From the NCBI RefSeq assembly GCF_001194135.2, contig NC_068993.1:50060273-50124272 (forward strand): DNA of 64,000 bases. Direction: 5' to 3'. This document shows, in pieces, positions 26,340-38,170 of this stretch (positions within the stretch are counted from its first letter, which is position 1; every line of letters starts with the position of its first letter). Made by a program: the position numbers and the translations under genes. Under the pieces are notes generated by a model. That model was not told the DNA's origin and made no database searches. It worked only from the letters and a program-made list of their open reading frames with translations. Source of the DNA: Octopus bimaculoides (lineage: Eukaryota).

Positions 26340-26373
<34 letters not shown>

Positions 26374-27026
26374 AATGTATGNNNNNNNNNNNNNNNNNNN
26401 NNNNNNNNNNNNNNNNNNNNNNNNNNNNNNNNNNNNNNNNNNNNNNNNNNNNNNNNNNNNNNNNNNNNNNNNNNNNNNNNNNNNNNNNNNNNNNNNNNNN
26501 NNNNNNNNNNNNNNNNNNNNNNNNNNNNNNNNNNNNNNNNNNNNNNNNNNNNNNNNNNNNNNNNNNNNNNNNNNNNNNNNNNNNNNNNNNNNNNNNNNNN
26601 NNNNNNNNNNNNNNNNNNNNNNNNNNNNNNNNNNNNNNNNNNNNNNNNNNNNNNNNNNNNNNNNNNNNNNNNNNNNNNNNNNNNNNNNNNNNNNNNNNNN
26701 NNNNNNNNNNNNNNNNNNNNNNNNNNNNNNNNNNNNNNNNNNNNNNNNNNNNNNNNNNNNNNNNNNNNNNNNNNNNNNNNNNNNNNNNNNNNNNNNNNNN
26801 NNNNNNNNNNNNNNNNNNNNNNNNNNNNNNNNNNNNNNNNNNNNNNNNNNNNNNNNNNNNNNNNNNNNNNNNNNNNNNNNNNNNNNNNNNNNNNNNNNNN
26901 NNNNNNNNNNNNNNNNNNNNNNNNNNNNNNNNNNNNNNNNNNNNNNNNNNNNNNNNNNNNNNNNNNNNNNNNNNNNNNNNNNNNNNNNNNNNNNNNNNNN
27001 NNNNNNNNNNNNNNNNNNNNNNNGTC

Positions 27027-27064
<38 letters not shown>

Positions 27065-27365
27065 AATGTATGAATATGGTTGTATGTGTCTATATATATA
27101 TAAATATATGAATATGGTTGTATGCGTCTATATATATATGAATATAGTTGTATATGTGTGTATATACATATATATACATATATGTGTGTATGTATATACA
27201 TATAGTTATTATATATAAATAAATAGATGTGTGTGTGTATGTGTGTGTGTGTATGTGTGTGCGTACTTGTTATAAATTATCAAAATTTTTTAAATAGATA
27301 GATAGATAGATAGATGGATGGATAGATAGATAGATAGATAGATAGATAGACAGATATTGCTTGTT

Positions 27366-27606
27366 GTGGAGGTGCCTGTCTTCATAATTAGAAGTATTGT
27401 ACTCTTGATTGTAAGATTGTGGTTTCAATTCTTGAACCAAGCAGTTCATTGTGTTTATGAGCAAAACATCATTTCATGTTGCTCTAATCCACTTAACTAT
27501 CAAAAATGAGCAATCATGTAATGTACTAGTGTCCTGTTCAGTGGAAAAGTATATACACCACAGAATTTGGGAAACCAGCCTTATAAGCCTGTGACTCGGG
27601 AAGGAA
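27366..27606 (+). mobile_element. SINE family C, diverged full length
   Basis: gtggaggtgcc...gattgtaagattgtggtttcaattc...gagcaaaacatcatttcatgttgctc...gggaaaccagcc, colinear with the reverse complement of 52462-52720. Confidence 0.75.
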
Positions 27607-28800
27607 TTTTGATTTTTTTTTTAGTATGTAATGTTGTTGGTCTAATAGCTCATAGATTGTAGGTTCAAATCAACTGCATGTAACATTTCATTATATATCT
27701 GTGCATGTATCTTTAGTTCAACATACCTCTGCTAAGCTGTCTGTTGCAGTGTAGGTGCCAACTTATCTGTGAGTCTTACCTATGACAGACTCAAGGCTGG
27801 TGAGGTAGAAACAAATTATTTTCCATCCTCTTAACTCAGTAACACCAGACTTCATTAAACATTGTTCCAATCTCCAGGGTTGGAGTTTAATATTCATTTA
27901 TGCTTTTTGTTGGGCTAGAAATGTTACATGTTATCGCTCTACTTATAATTCCTCTCATTCTCTATAGTCTTTGGCAAACCCTACAAATCTAGTAAGTACA
28001 AATATTGGGGTCAATCTAAATTAGAAACCATTAGTTGGCACCAGTTGATAATCCCACCGACTACAAGAAGGCGATTAATTCAGACATTGTCATTACATAA
28101 AAAAATAATGTAATGAATGATATAAGCAAAAAATTCTTAACTAATTGCGAAGAGAAAAACCAAAATCTAGTTAGTAATTGTTAATGCTTGGTAATAATTA
28201 TAATTAAATTCTTGCTTTCTTTTCTTCAATTAAGAGGACAATTTCAATTAATTGAGGTTTTCTTTTTTTTTTCTTTTTGGTTATATCATGCAGCTATCTT
28301 CTTTTCACCTGAATTTTCTAAATAAATGCCATAGGCCCACTTTACTTATTTTCCATTTGTTAATTTTTTAAAATTTAAAGACATTATCATTCTCATCACC
28401 CACAAAACAATTAAATTTATGTCCAGGGAAAGAGGAAGGGTGGGGGTCTGTGTGTGTGTGAAACAAAGTAATTTGTCTGCTTGGAAATAACTATTATCAA
28501 TCATTAACAATTACTAATTAGGTTTTGGTTTTTCCTTGCTTGAAGGTCAGTGGTCAGAAACACTTCCAAATTTAAAAAGAAAGCAGTTGTTTGAAAAGTG
28601 TGTAAAATCATGAGATTTTCAAAGCAATTCCATTCTTTCCAATATGGAAAACTTCTCATATGATACATAGTGGCATGTATGTGTGTCTAAATTATACAAG
28701 CCTGTAGCAGACTGATTAAAAGATTTGCCTTTTCATCAAGAGTTTTCTGCATTTGTTCACACTGTCTAGTACCTTAGGTGTCTCCTAGGTATATATATAT

Positions 28801-29030
28801 TTTATCTTTTACTTGTTTCAGTCATCAGACTGTGGCCATGCTGGGGCAACACCTTGAAGTATTTCTTAGTCAAAGGAATCGAACCCAGGACATATTTTTT
28901 AAAGCCTGGTACTTATTCTATTGATCTCTTTTACTGAACCGCTAACTTACGAGGACATAAACAAAGCAACACCTGTTGTTAAGCAGTGGTGAGGGCAAAC
29001 ACAGACACAAACAAATATATATGTACATAC
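28801..29030 (-). mobile_element. SINE family A, 3' half
   Basis: tttacttgtttcagtcatcagactgtggccatgctgggg...tacttattctattgatctcttttactgaaccgctaacttacg. Confidence 0.8.
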
Positions 29031-29066
29031 CTCATGGCTGGTTGCCAGCAAATTTTTCTGCTCTTA

Positions 29067-29206
29067 AAAACCATTTTTTTGGCCATCATTGAAACGTGTG
29101 AACCACTTCTACACTTGTATGCGGCTCATACACCCTCCTCTACACACTTTCTGCAACTTTGCATTGGCCTCTGAGCAGGTATTGCCATGACACCATTCTC
29201 TGTCAT
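29067..29206 (-). pseudogene. Mariner transposase N-terminal HTH fragment
   Basis: 29186-29067 translates GNTCSEANAKLQKVCRGGCMSRIQV*KWFTRFNDGQKNGF, resembling the mariner first HTH (..MSRxQVxxWFxRFxxG..). Confidence 0.85.
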
Positions 29207-29240
29207 AATCAATGTGACAATCACACAATCACTAAAGCTG

Positions 29241-29463
29241 CTTGGCACAGATTGACCATAAACTCTGGTATGCATGTGCACTCAGTTTTAATGTTCTAGC
29301 TCACTTCTTCTGTTTACAGCAGTGCTTGGAAGGAAGGTGTGTAATGTAACATGTGATCATCGTATTGACCATGACAGAGAAAGTTGAGCAGAGAATCTGC
29401 ATCAAATTTTGCCAAAAGCTTGGTGATACCTGCTCAGAGGTCTGTGCAAATTTTAAAAAAGTT
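29241..29463 (+). mobile_element. Mariner 5' leader plus first ~31 transposase codons
   Basis: ATG 29371: MTEKVEQRICIKFCQKLGDTCSEVCANFKKV, with the typical mariner start EQRxxIKFC. Confidence 0.9.
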
Positions 29464-29891
29464 TTAATCATTCTCAACACAATCAAGGAGATCTTGTGCA
29501 ACTGAAACCCGACTGTCTTTTTTGGTCAGGTGAAAGCAGTTTTGGCACAAACTTGGCAGACATGCATCTCATCCCCAAATCTTCAGTGATAATGAGCTGA
29601 ACTGAACTGTAACTAATCTACAAGTCCTCTGATAACTCACAGATAACTCACAGATAACTCACAGATAACTCACAGATAACTCACCTTTCTTTGTCATGAT
29701 CAATGTGACAATCACTTGCTATACACCTTCCTTTCAAGCACTGCTGCAAACAGCGGAAGTGAGCTAGAAGGTTAAAACTTAGTGTGCATGCATAGCAGAG
29801 TTCAAGGTCAATCTTTGCCAAGCGGTTTCACTCTGCATGCTTTAGCTTCGTTACTATGGCAACAGTTCGGATACTTATTGATCAGACTTTT
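29455..29891 (-). mobile_element. Internally deleted mariner: TIR, leader, HTH2/linker and start of the catalytic domain
   Basis: TA 29892-93 beside TIR-like gtctgatcaataagtatccgaact; minus strand SVQLIITEDLGMRCMSAKFVPKLLSPDQK / RVSVAQDLLDCVEND*NFLK (FVPKLL corresponds to the WVPHEL linker). Confidence 0.9.
29631..29684. repeat. 11-bp tandem repeat x~5 inside the mariner relic
   Basis: (a)gataactcac at 29631, 29641, 29652, 29663, 29674. Confidence 0.95.
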
Positions 29892-31960
29892 TATATAGAT
29901 AGATAGACAGACAGACAGACACATGCACACATACATTTGGATATGTAAATAGCTTTATATATATATATGCATATATATAATTTCTTTCTCTCTTTACCTC
30001 TCTCTATGTGTGTGTGTGTGTATAATATGTACATACGCAGACGCACACATATACACACATGCTTGCACACACAAACATTCCTTTTGTCTGCTATATACAT
30101 CTCTGTTAACACACCCATATCAATATCTGTGTATCCACAAACATATATGCACATGACCTTTCATTGCCAAATCACTATATTTTTTTTTTATTATTATTTA
30201 TTTATCTATTATCTCATTTATATATTTTCCAAAACTGAAGAGGTCAGCGAGGGTTTAATTCTCCCTGCTGAAGTCCCAGTAGAGAAGTTTGACACCTCTT
30301 GTGTCAGCATTGACTGAGCTGCTTTTTTACCAAAACCTTATGTGAAATCTGCACCAATGATGGGACAGTTACATTTACAATCTCCTGCCACTAACTACAT
30401 CATTTCAGATTTTTGGGGTTTGGTGGGGGGATTCTACAGAAAATCTGATGACATTTTTTTTCTTCTTTATTTTTGTTTACTTCTGTAGTNNNNNNNNNNN
30501 NNNNNNNNNNNNNNNNNNNNNNNNNNNNNNNNNNNNNNNNNNNNNNNNNNNNNNNNNNNNNNNNNNNNNNNNNNNNNNNNNNNNNNNNNNNNNNNNNNNN
30601 NNNNNNNNNNNNNNNNNNNNNNNNNNNNNNNNNNNNNNNNNNNNNNNNNNNNNNNNNNNNNNNNNNNNNNNNNNNNNNNNNNNNNNNNNNNNNNNNNNNN
30701 NNNNNNNNNNNNNNNNNNNNNNNNNNNNNNNNNNNNNNNNNNNNNNNNNNNNNNNNNNNNNNNNNNNNNNNNNNNNNNNNNNNNNNNNNNNNNNNNNNNN
30801 NNNNNNNNNNNNNNNNNNNNNNNNNNNNNNNNNNNNNNNNNNNNTTATAACATTTTTCTGATATAATTTAAATATATACTTTAACCATGTAACACAAGCC
30901 TTCTGTAGTTTTTTCACTCTTATTATCTTTTATATATATATATATATATTTTTTTTTATTGTTTATTTTTGATTATTTTTCTGCCTTGATCTGAAATTAG
31001 TTTGTTCTTGGTTCCACCAAATTCCCATGCCCATCACCAAATTGATATTTGGTACGCAATGACAGCAATGTACGCAATGACAGCTATTGCTCAGAAAACT
31101 GATCCTTCCTTTTATATCTGTTTATTTTTGTATCATTGTTTTCCTCCTATTTTTCTGTTTAGTGGTTTAAAAAAAACGAAAATAATAAAGTGATAGTTGG
31201 AAACTGCAAGAATATTTTTCGTAAACTCTTCGCTTTTGATCTGCACATCTAACCACAATAGGTCACAAATTAAGTAGAATACAACCAATTAAAGAGACCT
31301 GTACATTCGAAACTCTCTGAATAGATTGATGCCTTCAGGGTTAACATTTCCAGTAAAGGTGTATCATAAAAGAAGTGCAGGTGCCTTATCAAATCAGATA
31401 TTTATTTTACAAGTTATAACTGCCTTGTCAGTTCCCCCCCTCTCTCTCTCTCGTACTCACAGTTTCTCATTTGCTTTCTTTTTCTCTCTCTCTTTTGTCT
31501 ATCTGTCTGTCTTTCTATATATCTGTCTCCTGTCTGTCTCTCACTCCTCTCTCACTTCTCTCTGTCTCACACACACACACACACACACACACACCGACAA
31601 CCAACTAAAAGACAAGAGTTTTCTATATTTAAGGATGACATACATTTTCATCAGACTAGTAGCTTTATGTGAAATTGGAAATTCTAATGCATATTTTCGG
31701 TAAAGAAAATATTAAAAAAATATAGATACTCGATGTATTATCTTTTTTTTATTGATTTCCTCTTCTGTCTTTTACGGAAGGAGAAATCTGTTTTTTCCCC
31801 CAAAGAAGTGTTCATTGAGAAAATTTAGTCGATCATTTTTTATGTTTGTTTTTGTTGAGCAATTATTTGTATTAGTTTTCAATTAGATTACATCATTCCA
31901 GTAAAACACCTAACAGCCATAGGATTATATTTTCAACAATTTCAGGTGTTTTCAAATGCT

Positions 31961-32007
<47 letters not shown>

Positions 32008-32039
32008 GTTTGTGTATATATGTGTGTGTTTGTACATAC

Positions 32040-32093
<54 letters not shown>

Positions 32094-32707
32094 TCACATA
32101 TGTGTACATATATATATATGTGTGTATGTATGTATGTATGTATGTATGTATGTATGTATGTATGTATACACACACAGTGAAAGAGGGAGAGAGAGGATAT
32201 GTGTGTATAGAATATAATTAGTGTGAAAATTGTTTAAGCAAAGTGGACATTATGTTTAAATTTAGTCCAATGAATAATCTTTTATCATTAAGTACCACTA
32301 GTAATGCATAATAGTAAATTAAGAAAGAAAATTGAGGCAAAAAATATAAACAAATAAATGACCATTTGCATAAGTTAGTATGTTATATAAAACCTATAAT
32401 TCAGCATTAAAAATCTGTAAAAGTTTTAATATCTTATTTTATTTGGGATTTATTTAAACCATTTCAACTTTGCATATCTTGAAGGTAGTGAATTCTATAT
32501 ATCAAAATATCTATAAATGTCTTGCCATCTATCTGTCTCCAGGTATTGATTACTTCTCTATAACATAATGCAATAAAGTGTTCCTGACACAATTTGTTGC
32601 AGTTAAACATCTAATAGCACTTGGAGTATCTGGTGCAGAATTCCAAACAGCCACAATGGTGAAACATATGTAGGAACGAATGATATAAACTTGCATGTAT
32701 CATAATT

Positions 32708-32975
32708 TATCATCATCATCATCTTCATCATTTAACATCTGTCTTCCAAGCTGGCATGAGTTGGACAGTTTGACAAGAGCTGGCTTGGGAAAAGACTACA
32801 CAAGGTTACTGTGGCTGTTTTGGCATGGGTTTTACAGTTGGATGCCCTTCCTAGCACCAACCACCCTGTAGAGTGGACTGAGTGATTTTTAAGTAGTGAG
32901 GTCGGTTTTGGCATGGTTTTTACAGCTGGATGCCCTTCCAAATGCCAACCACTTCACATTGTGGACAGGATGTAT
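32708..32975 (-). mobile_element. SINE family B with an internal ~87-bp duplication
   Basis: ttttggcatgg(g/t)ttttacag(t/c)tggatgcccttcc...ccaaccac occurs twice; (CAT)n tail at 32708-32732. Confidence 0.75.
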
Positions 32976-33123
32976 TTGTTCAGTTCTCCATAAACTACAT
33001 GTGCAGACACTATACATATTGTTAGTGATGTATACTGGAACCACTGAATGTTTTGGGTCTTACAACCTTCTGCTGACCCCTTCTACTGACCCCTCTGATC
33101 ACCTCTTTTTAAGTCTTTTAATG

Positions 33124-33330
33124 CCATATTTTCCAGCATACAAGATGAATTTTTCTGGCCAAAATTTACAGCCAAAAATGGTAGGTCAACGTATATACAA
33201 AGACGACATTGATGTACCGAAAATTTCATGTGAAATGCAGCAGAGTTTGGAAAAATAGTGATGCGGTTTAAATGTTAATGCTACATATTTACACTATATA
33301 CTACGATGTCCTGTGTTCTAGAAAATACAG
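33124..33330. mobile_element. pogo/Tigger-like MITE (Tc1-mariner superfamily), decayed
   Basis: Left ccatattttccagcatacaaga and right tcctgtgttctagaaaatacag are imperfect TIRs of the CCGTATTTTCC type; flanked by TG (mutated TA) and TA. Confidence 0.55.
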
Positions 33331-33465
33331 TATTTTGTAGAATAGAAAGAAACACATAAAAGCAATTGAAATTGTCTACATTTTTCTTACAACAAATAAT
33401 GTTTTTAGGTTCTATTGGAAACTTTTAGTTTATTTAGTTACTACAGAGCTAGAATGAAGAGAGAA

Positions 33466-33500
<35 letters not shown>

Positions 33501-33895
33501 TAGTGAGAGAGAGAGAAAGAGAGAGAGCAGGCTGTGTAATCTTTAGAAAGCATGATTGGAAATGGAAGGGTTAAGTTCAGCTCATACATTGACAGTTGAT
33601 TTTGGAGTTTATTGTTAGTATATTTCACACATTGCTTGGTTGATTAGTTTGCTGGTTAACATAGAAGACAGAGTATTTACACTAAAAGAGACTCAGAACG
33701 GTCAGCAATAGAAACAGTCATTTGCAAATTTGTCATTCTTCAGCCATTTGGAAATGTTGTGTCAGGGTGGGATAAAATTTGATTTATAATTATCCCCACT
33801 TCGCTAATCCTTTTGTCTACGTTAACTATCACAGTTTTATTTTAATGTATAATATAGAAGTTTCCAACCACCACACAGACACACACTCCTTCTCT

Positions 33896-33958
<63 letters not shown>

Positions 33959-35922
33959 NNNNNNNNNNNNNNNNNNNNNNNNNNNNNNNNNNNNNNNNNN
34001 NNNNNNNNNNNNNNNNNNNNNNNNNNNNNNNNNNNNNNNNNNNNNNNNNNNNNNNNNNNNNNNNNNNNNNNNNNNNNNNNNNNNNNNNNNNNNNNNNNNN
34101 NNNNNNNNNNNNNNNNNNNNNNNNNNNNNNNNNNNNNNNNNNNNNNNNNNNNNNNNNNNNNNNNNNNNNNNNNNNNNNNNNNNNNNNNNNNNNNNNNNNN
34201 NNNNNNNNNNNNNNNNNNNNNNNNNNNNNNNNNNNNNNNNNNNNNNNNNNNNNNNNNNNNNNNNNNNNNNNNNNNNNNNNNNNNNNNNNNNNNNNNNNNN
34301 NNNNNNNNNNNNNNNNNNNNNNNNNNNNNNNNNNNNNNNNNNNNNNNNNNNNNNNNNNNNNNNNNNNNNNNNNNNNNNNNNNNNNNNNNNNNNNNNNNNN
34401 NNNNNNNNNNNNNNNNNNNNNNNNNNNNNNNNNNNNNNNNNNNNNNNNNNNNNNNNNNNNNNNNNNNNNNNNNNNNNNNNNNNNNNNNNNNNNNNNNNNN
34501 NNNNNNNNNNNNNNNNNNNNNNNNNNNNNNNNNNNNNNNNNNNNNNNNNNNNNNNNNNNNNNNNNNNNNNNNNNNNNNNNNNNNNNNNNNNNNNNNNNNN
34601 NNNNNNNNNNNNNNNNNNNNNNNNNNNNNNNNNNNNNNNNNNNNNNNNNNNNNNNNNNNNNNNNNNNNNNNNNNNNNNNNNNNNNNNNNNNNNNNNNNNN
34701 NNNNNNNNNNNNNNNNNNNNNNNNNNNNNNNNNNNNNNNNNNNNNNNNNNNNNNNNNNNNNNNNNNNNNNNNCCCCCCACCCTTCCACTTTTATCTAATA
34801 GTGTTAACAAAGCTTGTGAGACAGGGTAGGAGTCATATATCTTCTAAAGCTTTACACCATATTGTTATGTTCAGTAAATATTATGTCCCTTTTATATCTT
34901 GTTCCTCTTGCATCCAGAAAAGCCATTGACAAGGCTAACCAGAAAGGAATTTTTAATACACATAAAAAACAAACTATTTCATATTGTCTTCATCATTATA
35001 TATTAGAATAGAATGAATATGTTTAACTAAAATGAAAATTGTCTGCTTTAGTGTAATGTTTCCTTGTGATTTAGCTTTCTCAGAGAGTCACACTTTATGA
35101 GTAGTGGCCTAACACGACGTTCAGTTTGAAATGATTCAGGGGAATGAGCTGTGTTGTCATTTTGGTGTAAATGGACAATATGAAAGGTTAGAGAAACGAA
35201 ATTAATAATTGTGGTTGAACTGAGTTGTGGCGGAAACAGCAACAACAATGACCACAGTGGTTGTAGTGGTGGTAGAAGGTCAATATGGTTTATAAGAAAG
35301 TATGTCAGTGAACAATTTGATAATAGCAGACACGTGCCTGGTCAGTTTCTACAATATACTGCAATGTAGACCTTTTATTTTACTCCCTAGTTATTGCGAA
35401 TACTTCTATTTTCTTGAGCCAGGGAGAAAAACCACTTCTGGAAATCATACTTTAATAGCTTTTCAGTAGAAAGGACAAATTAAATATTATAATTCTAGAT
35501 TTTTTAATTTATTATACTTCAAAAAAAAAAAAAAAAAAGGAGACAGACTGGCCCTCCTTCTTCGGAGTTCATCTCGGGTTCAACAACTTTGATTTCCATG
35601 ATTCATTTACATAATAAGTTAAGCGTGGTGGACATTTTTTAAAAGTAGAATGTTCCTTTTCTCTGCTACTTTGAAGTGTGAAAATTGCTGTTTATTCACA
35701 ATTTTTTCTTCTTAATCACTGTTTTATTAATTGGCATCGAACGATTAGTCACAATTGAGAATTTAAGCTGGTGTTGTTGTTATTGTTATTTTTGACACTT
35801 CTTGAATCTCAGGGTCCAGATCAAGGTTATATCTCTCCTCCTCCCTTGTATCTTTGAATTTGTTATATTAGTAAACATGCAACATACAGTACACACCTCA
35901 GCAAGCTCTTTTGATGATTCCA

Positions 35923-36005
35923 CTTAAGCACAGCACATCCGTCACTAGTCATTGCCTCTGTGAGGCTCAAAGTTCGAAGATCATCCTTCACCACCTCATC
36001 CATGT
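35923..36005 (-). pseudogene. RTE LINE ORF2 C-terminal remnant
   Basis: With one frameshift reads TW/DEVVKDDLRTLSLTEAMTSD, like the RTE ORF2 end (..KTWxEVVKxDLR..). Confidence 0.6.
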
Positions 36006-36636
36006 TTGTGTATGTATTTCTTGATACTATTCAAGCAGCAGTGACATTTGCTTAAACCCCTGGTAAGCAATGTGGCCCTTTTGGTTGGTGGTTTTCAAGT
36101 GTAAAGATTAGGAGAATAAAAATGCCCTACTTGAAAAATTTGAAAGGGTTGGCAACAGGAAGAACACTCAACCATAGAATACTTAGTGTCATCCAACCCA
36201 TACCAGCCAGCCAAAAACTAGGCATAAAAACAATGAATGAAACAATACAGGAATATTTTGTTATATTCAAAACATCCATTTACTAAAGGAAATAAATTTT
36301 TTTACCAATTTAAAATTCCTTAATTATTTTCAAATTTTTTTTTTAAATGTTATATTTTGTTAAAAAAATATGGATTCAAAAGAGTTAAGTATAAATAGTT
36401 GCAAAAGAAATATATATATATATTGATAGATAGATACATACATATACACACATACACACACACACACACACACACATATACACTTATGTATATGCATGTA
36501 TACATATGTATGACTGTATATATATGTATATATATATATAAACATCCACCCCTAGGGGTCAGCCACACTTAAGTGGCAATATACTACACTTTATCGTGCA
36601 GTTACTGTTAATACTTCATTTAGAGAATTAACATTG

Positions 36637-36681
<45 letters not shown>

Positions 36682-37087
36682 ACTGAGAACATTGGTTGGT
36701 GTTGTGTTGGTATTTGAGAAAAATGGGCATTAAAGCTATTTTTATAACGATTTCAGCTTGTAAAAATATGTGCTCAGTTGTACATATTTATATCATCATA
36801 ATATCTTCCATAAATTTTGTGCATATAACTGATAAGATCTATATGTATATATATATATAAAGAAATAAATATATGTATAAAGAAATTATTTCAAACCAAA
36901 ATATGGTAGAAATTGAGAACATAAAAATCATAACAGAAAAAAGTATTGTTTTGTTTAAAAGGACACAGAAAAAAAATGAGTATATATAAACATAGACACA
37001 CATATTCATTCACATACATTCGCGTGTATACATATGTATATGTGTATGTATACAATCTCTCTCTATATTTTTATATTTATATCTATC

Positions 37088-37114
<27 letters not shown>

Positions 37115-37118
<4 letters not shown>

Positions 37119-37462
37119 TATAAATGCACAGGAAATGTAATGAGATCACAGGCAGGTTAACAGAGAAGGTAGGTTTTGCATGTGGCAGGTGCATAGGGAC
37201 AATAAATACTAAGAGCATGTGTGGAATAGACCCTTTTCAATACCCAGACAGCTCTCTAGAAGTAGTTGATAGCTTCATTACCTAGGGGACCTAATTAGCA
37301 GCAAGAGTGGTTATTGAGAAGGCAGCATAGTAGCCAAAGTAATAACTGGTTGGAAAAAGTTCAGGGAGCTATTACTTCTACTATCAACAAAAGGCTTTTT
37401 CTTCAGATTAAAAGGTAAAAGGTTGTATTTGAAAAACAGAGCTGCATGGTAGTGAAATATGT
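37115..37462 (+). pseudogene. RTE LINE reverse-transcriptase C-terminal remnant with a Cys/His-rich segment
   Basis: 37124-37276 open: MHRKCNEITGRLTEKVGFACGRCIGTINTKSMCGIDPFQYPDSSLEVVDSF; after a frameshift YLGDLISS...GWKKFRELLLLLSTKG..RLKG, then LHGSEIC; matches the RTE YLG / AWxKFREL / LHGSETW motifs. Confidence 0.85.
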
Positions 37463-37683
37463 GTCTTGAACACAGCAAGAATCAAATACCTTTGTGAAGA
37501 TCCAAGTGTTTATATACATCAAATAAAGCATAGGCAAGTACCATGCTTTTATTAATTGTTTTAAGCATTTACATAGTTGTGAGCAGACACAGACAGCCCC
37601 TTGATTTTACTACTCCCTGACCCAGTGGAACATTGAGAATGTGACAGCCTGAGGGAGAGAGGACTGCCCCACTACAGAGTGGT

Positions 37684-37782
37684 GCCTTGCTCAAGAGCAA
37701 ATGTACCACCTAGTTCAGGAATCAGAACCACAACTTTAAAATCCTGAAGCTAATAGCTTAACCACTAAACCATGTACCTCCA
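37684..37782 (-). mobile_element. SINE family C, old 5' fragment
   Basis: ttgctcaagagc...ttcaggaatcagaaccacaac...aaccactaaaccatgtacctcca. Confidence 0.6.
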
Positions 37783-37836
37783 TATACATACATAAAAAAA
37801 TACATCTACACATAATACATAAGTACATATCTATGT

Positions 37837-37975
37837 ACAGTTGGACCCTGTAGAGTTTATGCCTGTCAAAAATTACTCACAAGGCATTAGTTGCCCTGAG
37901 ACTATAATGAAAGATACTTGCCCAATGTGTCACACAGGGGGGTGGAGCTGAAAGACATGATTACAAAGCAAAGTA
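37837..37975 (-). mobile_element. SINE family A, old 5' fragment
   Basis: ctcacaaggcattagttgccc...aagatacttgcccaatgtgtcacacag. Confidence 0.55.
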
Positions 37976-37977
37976 CG

Positions 37978-38127
37978 CAAGCTTGCTTCCCAACCATGTG
38001 GTTCCGGGTTCAGTCCCACTGCGTGGCACCTTTGGCAAGTGTCTTCTACTATACCCCGGGCCAACCAAAGCCATGTAAGTGGATTTGGTAGACGGAAACT
38101 GAAAGAAGCCTGTCGTATATATGTATG

Positions 38128-38170
<43 letters not shown>

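Noticed and set aside
29631-29684. Short direct repeats (also 9566 and 51757) as CRISPR-like arrays
   Set aside because: Head-to-tail units without unique spacers, eukaryotic context, no cas genes.
36548-36577. Hairpin followed by CTAG on the minus strand as a Helitron 3' end
   Set aside because: The base after CTAG is G rather than the expected T, and no 5' TC end was identified.
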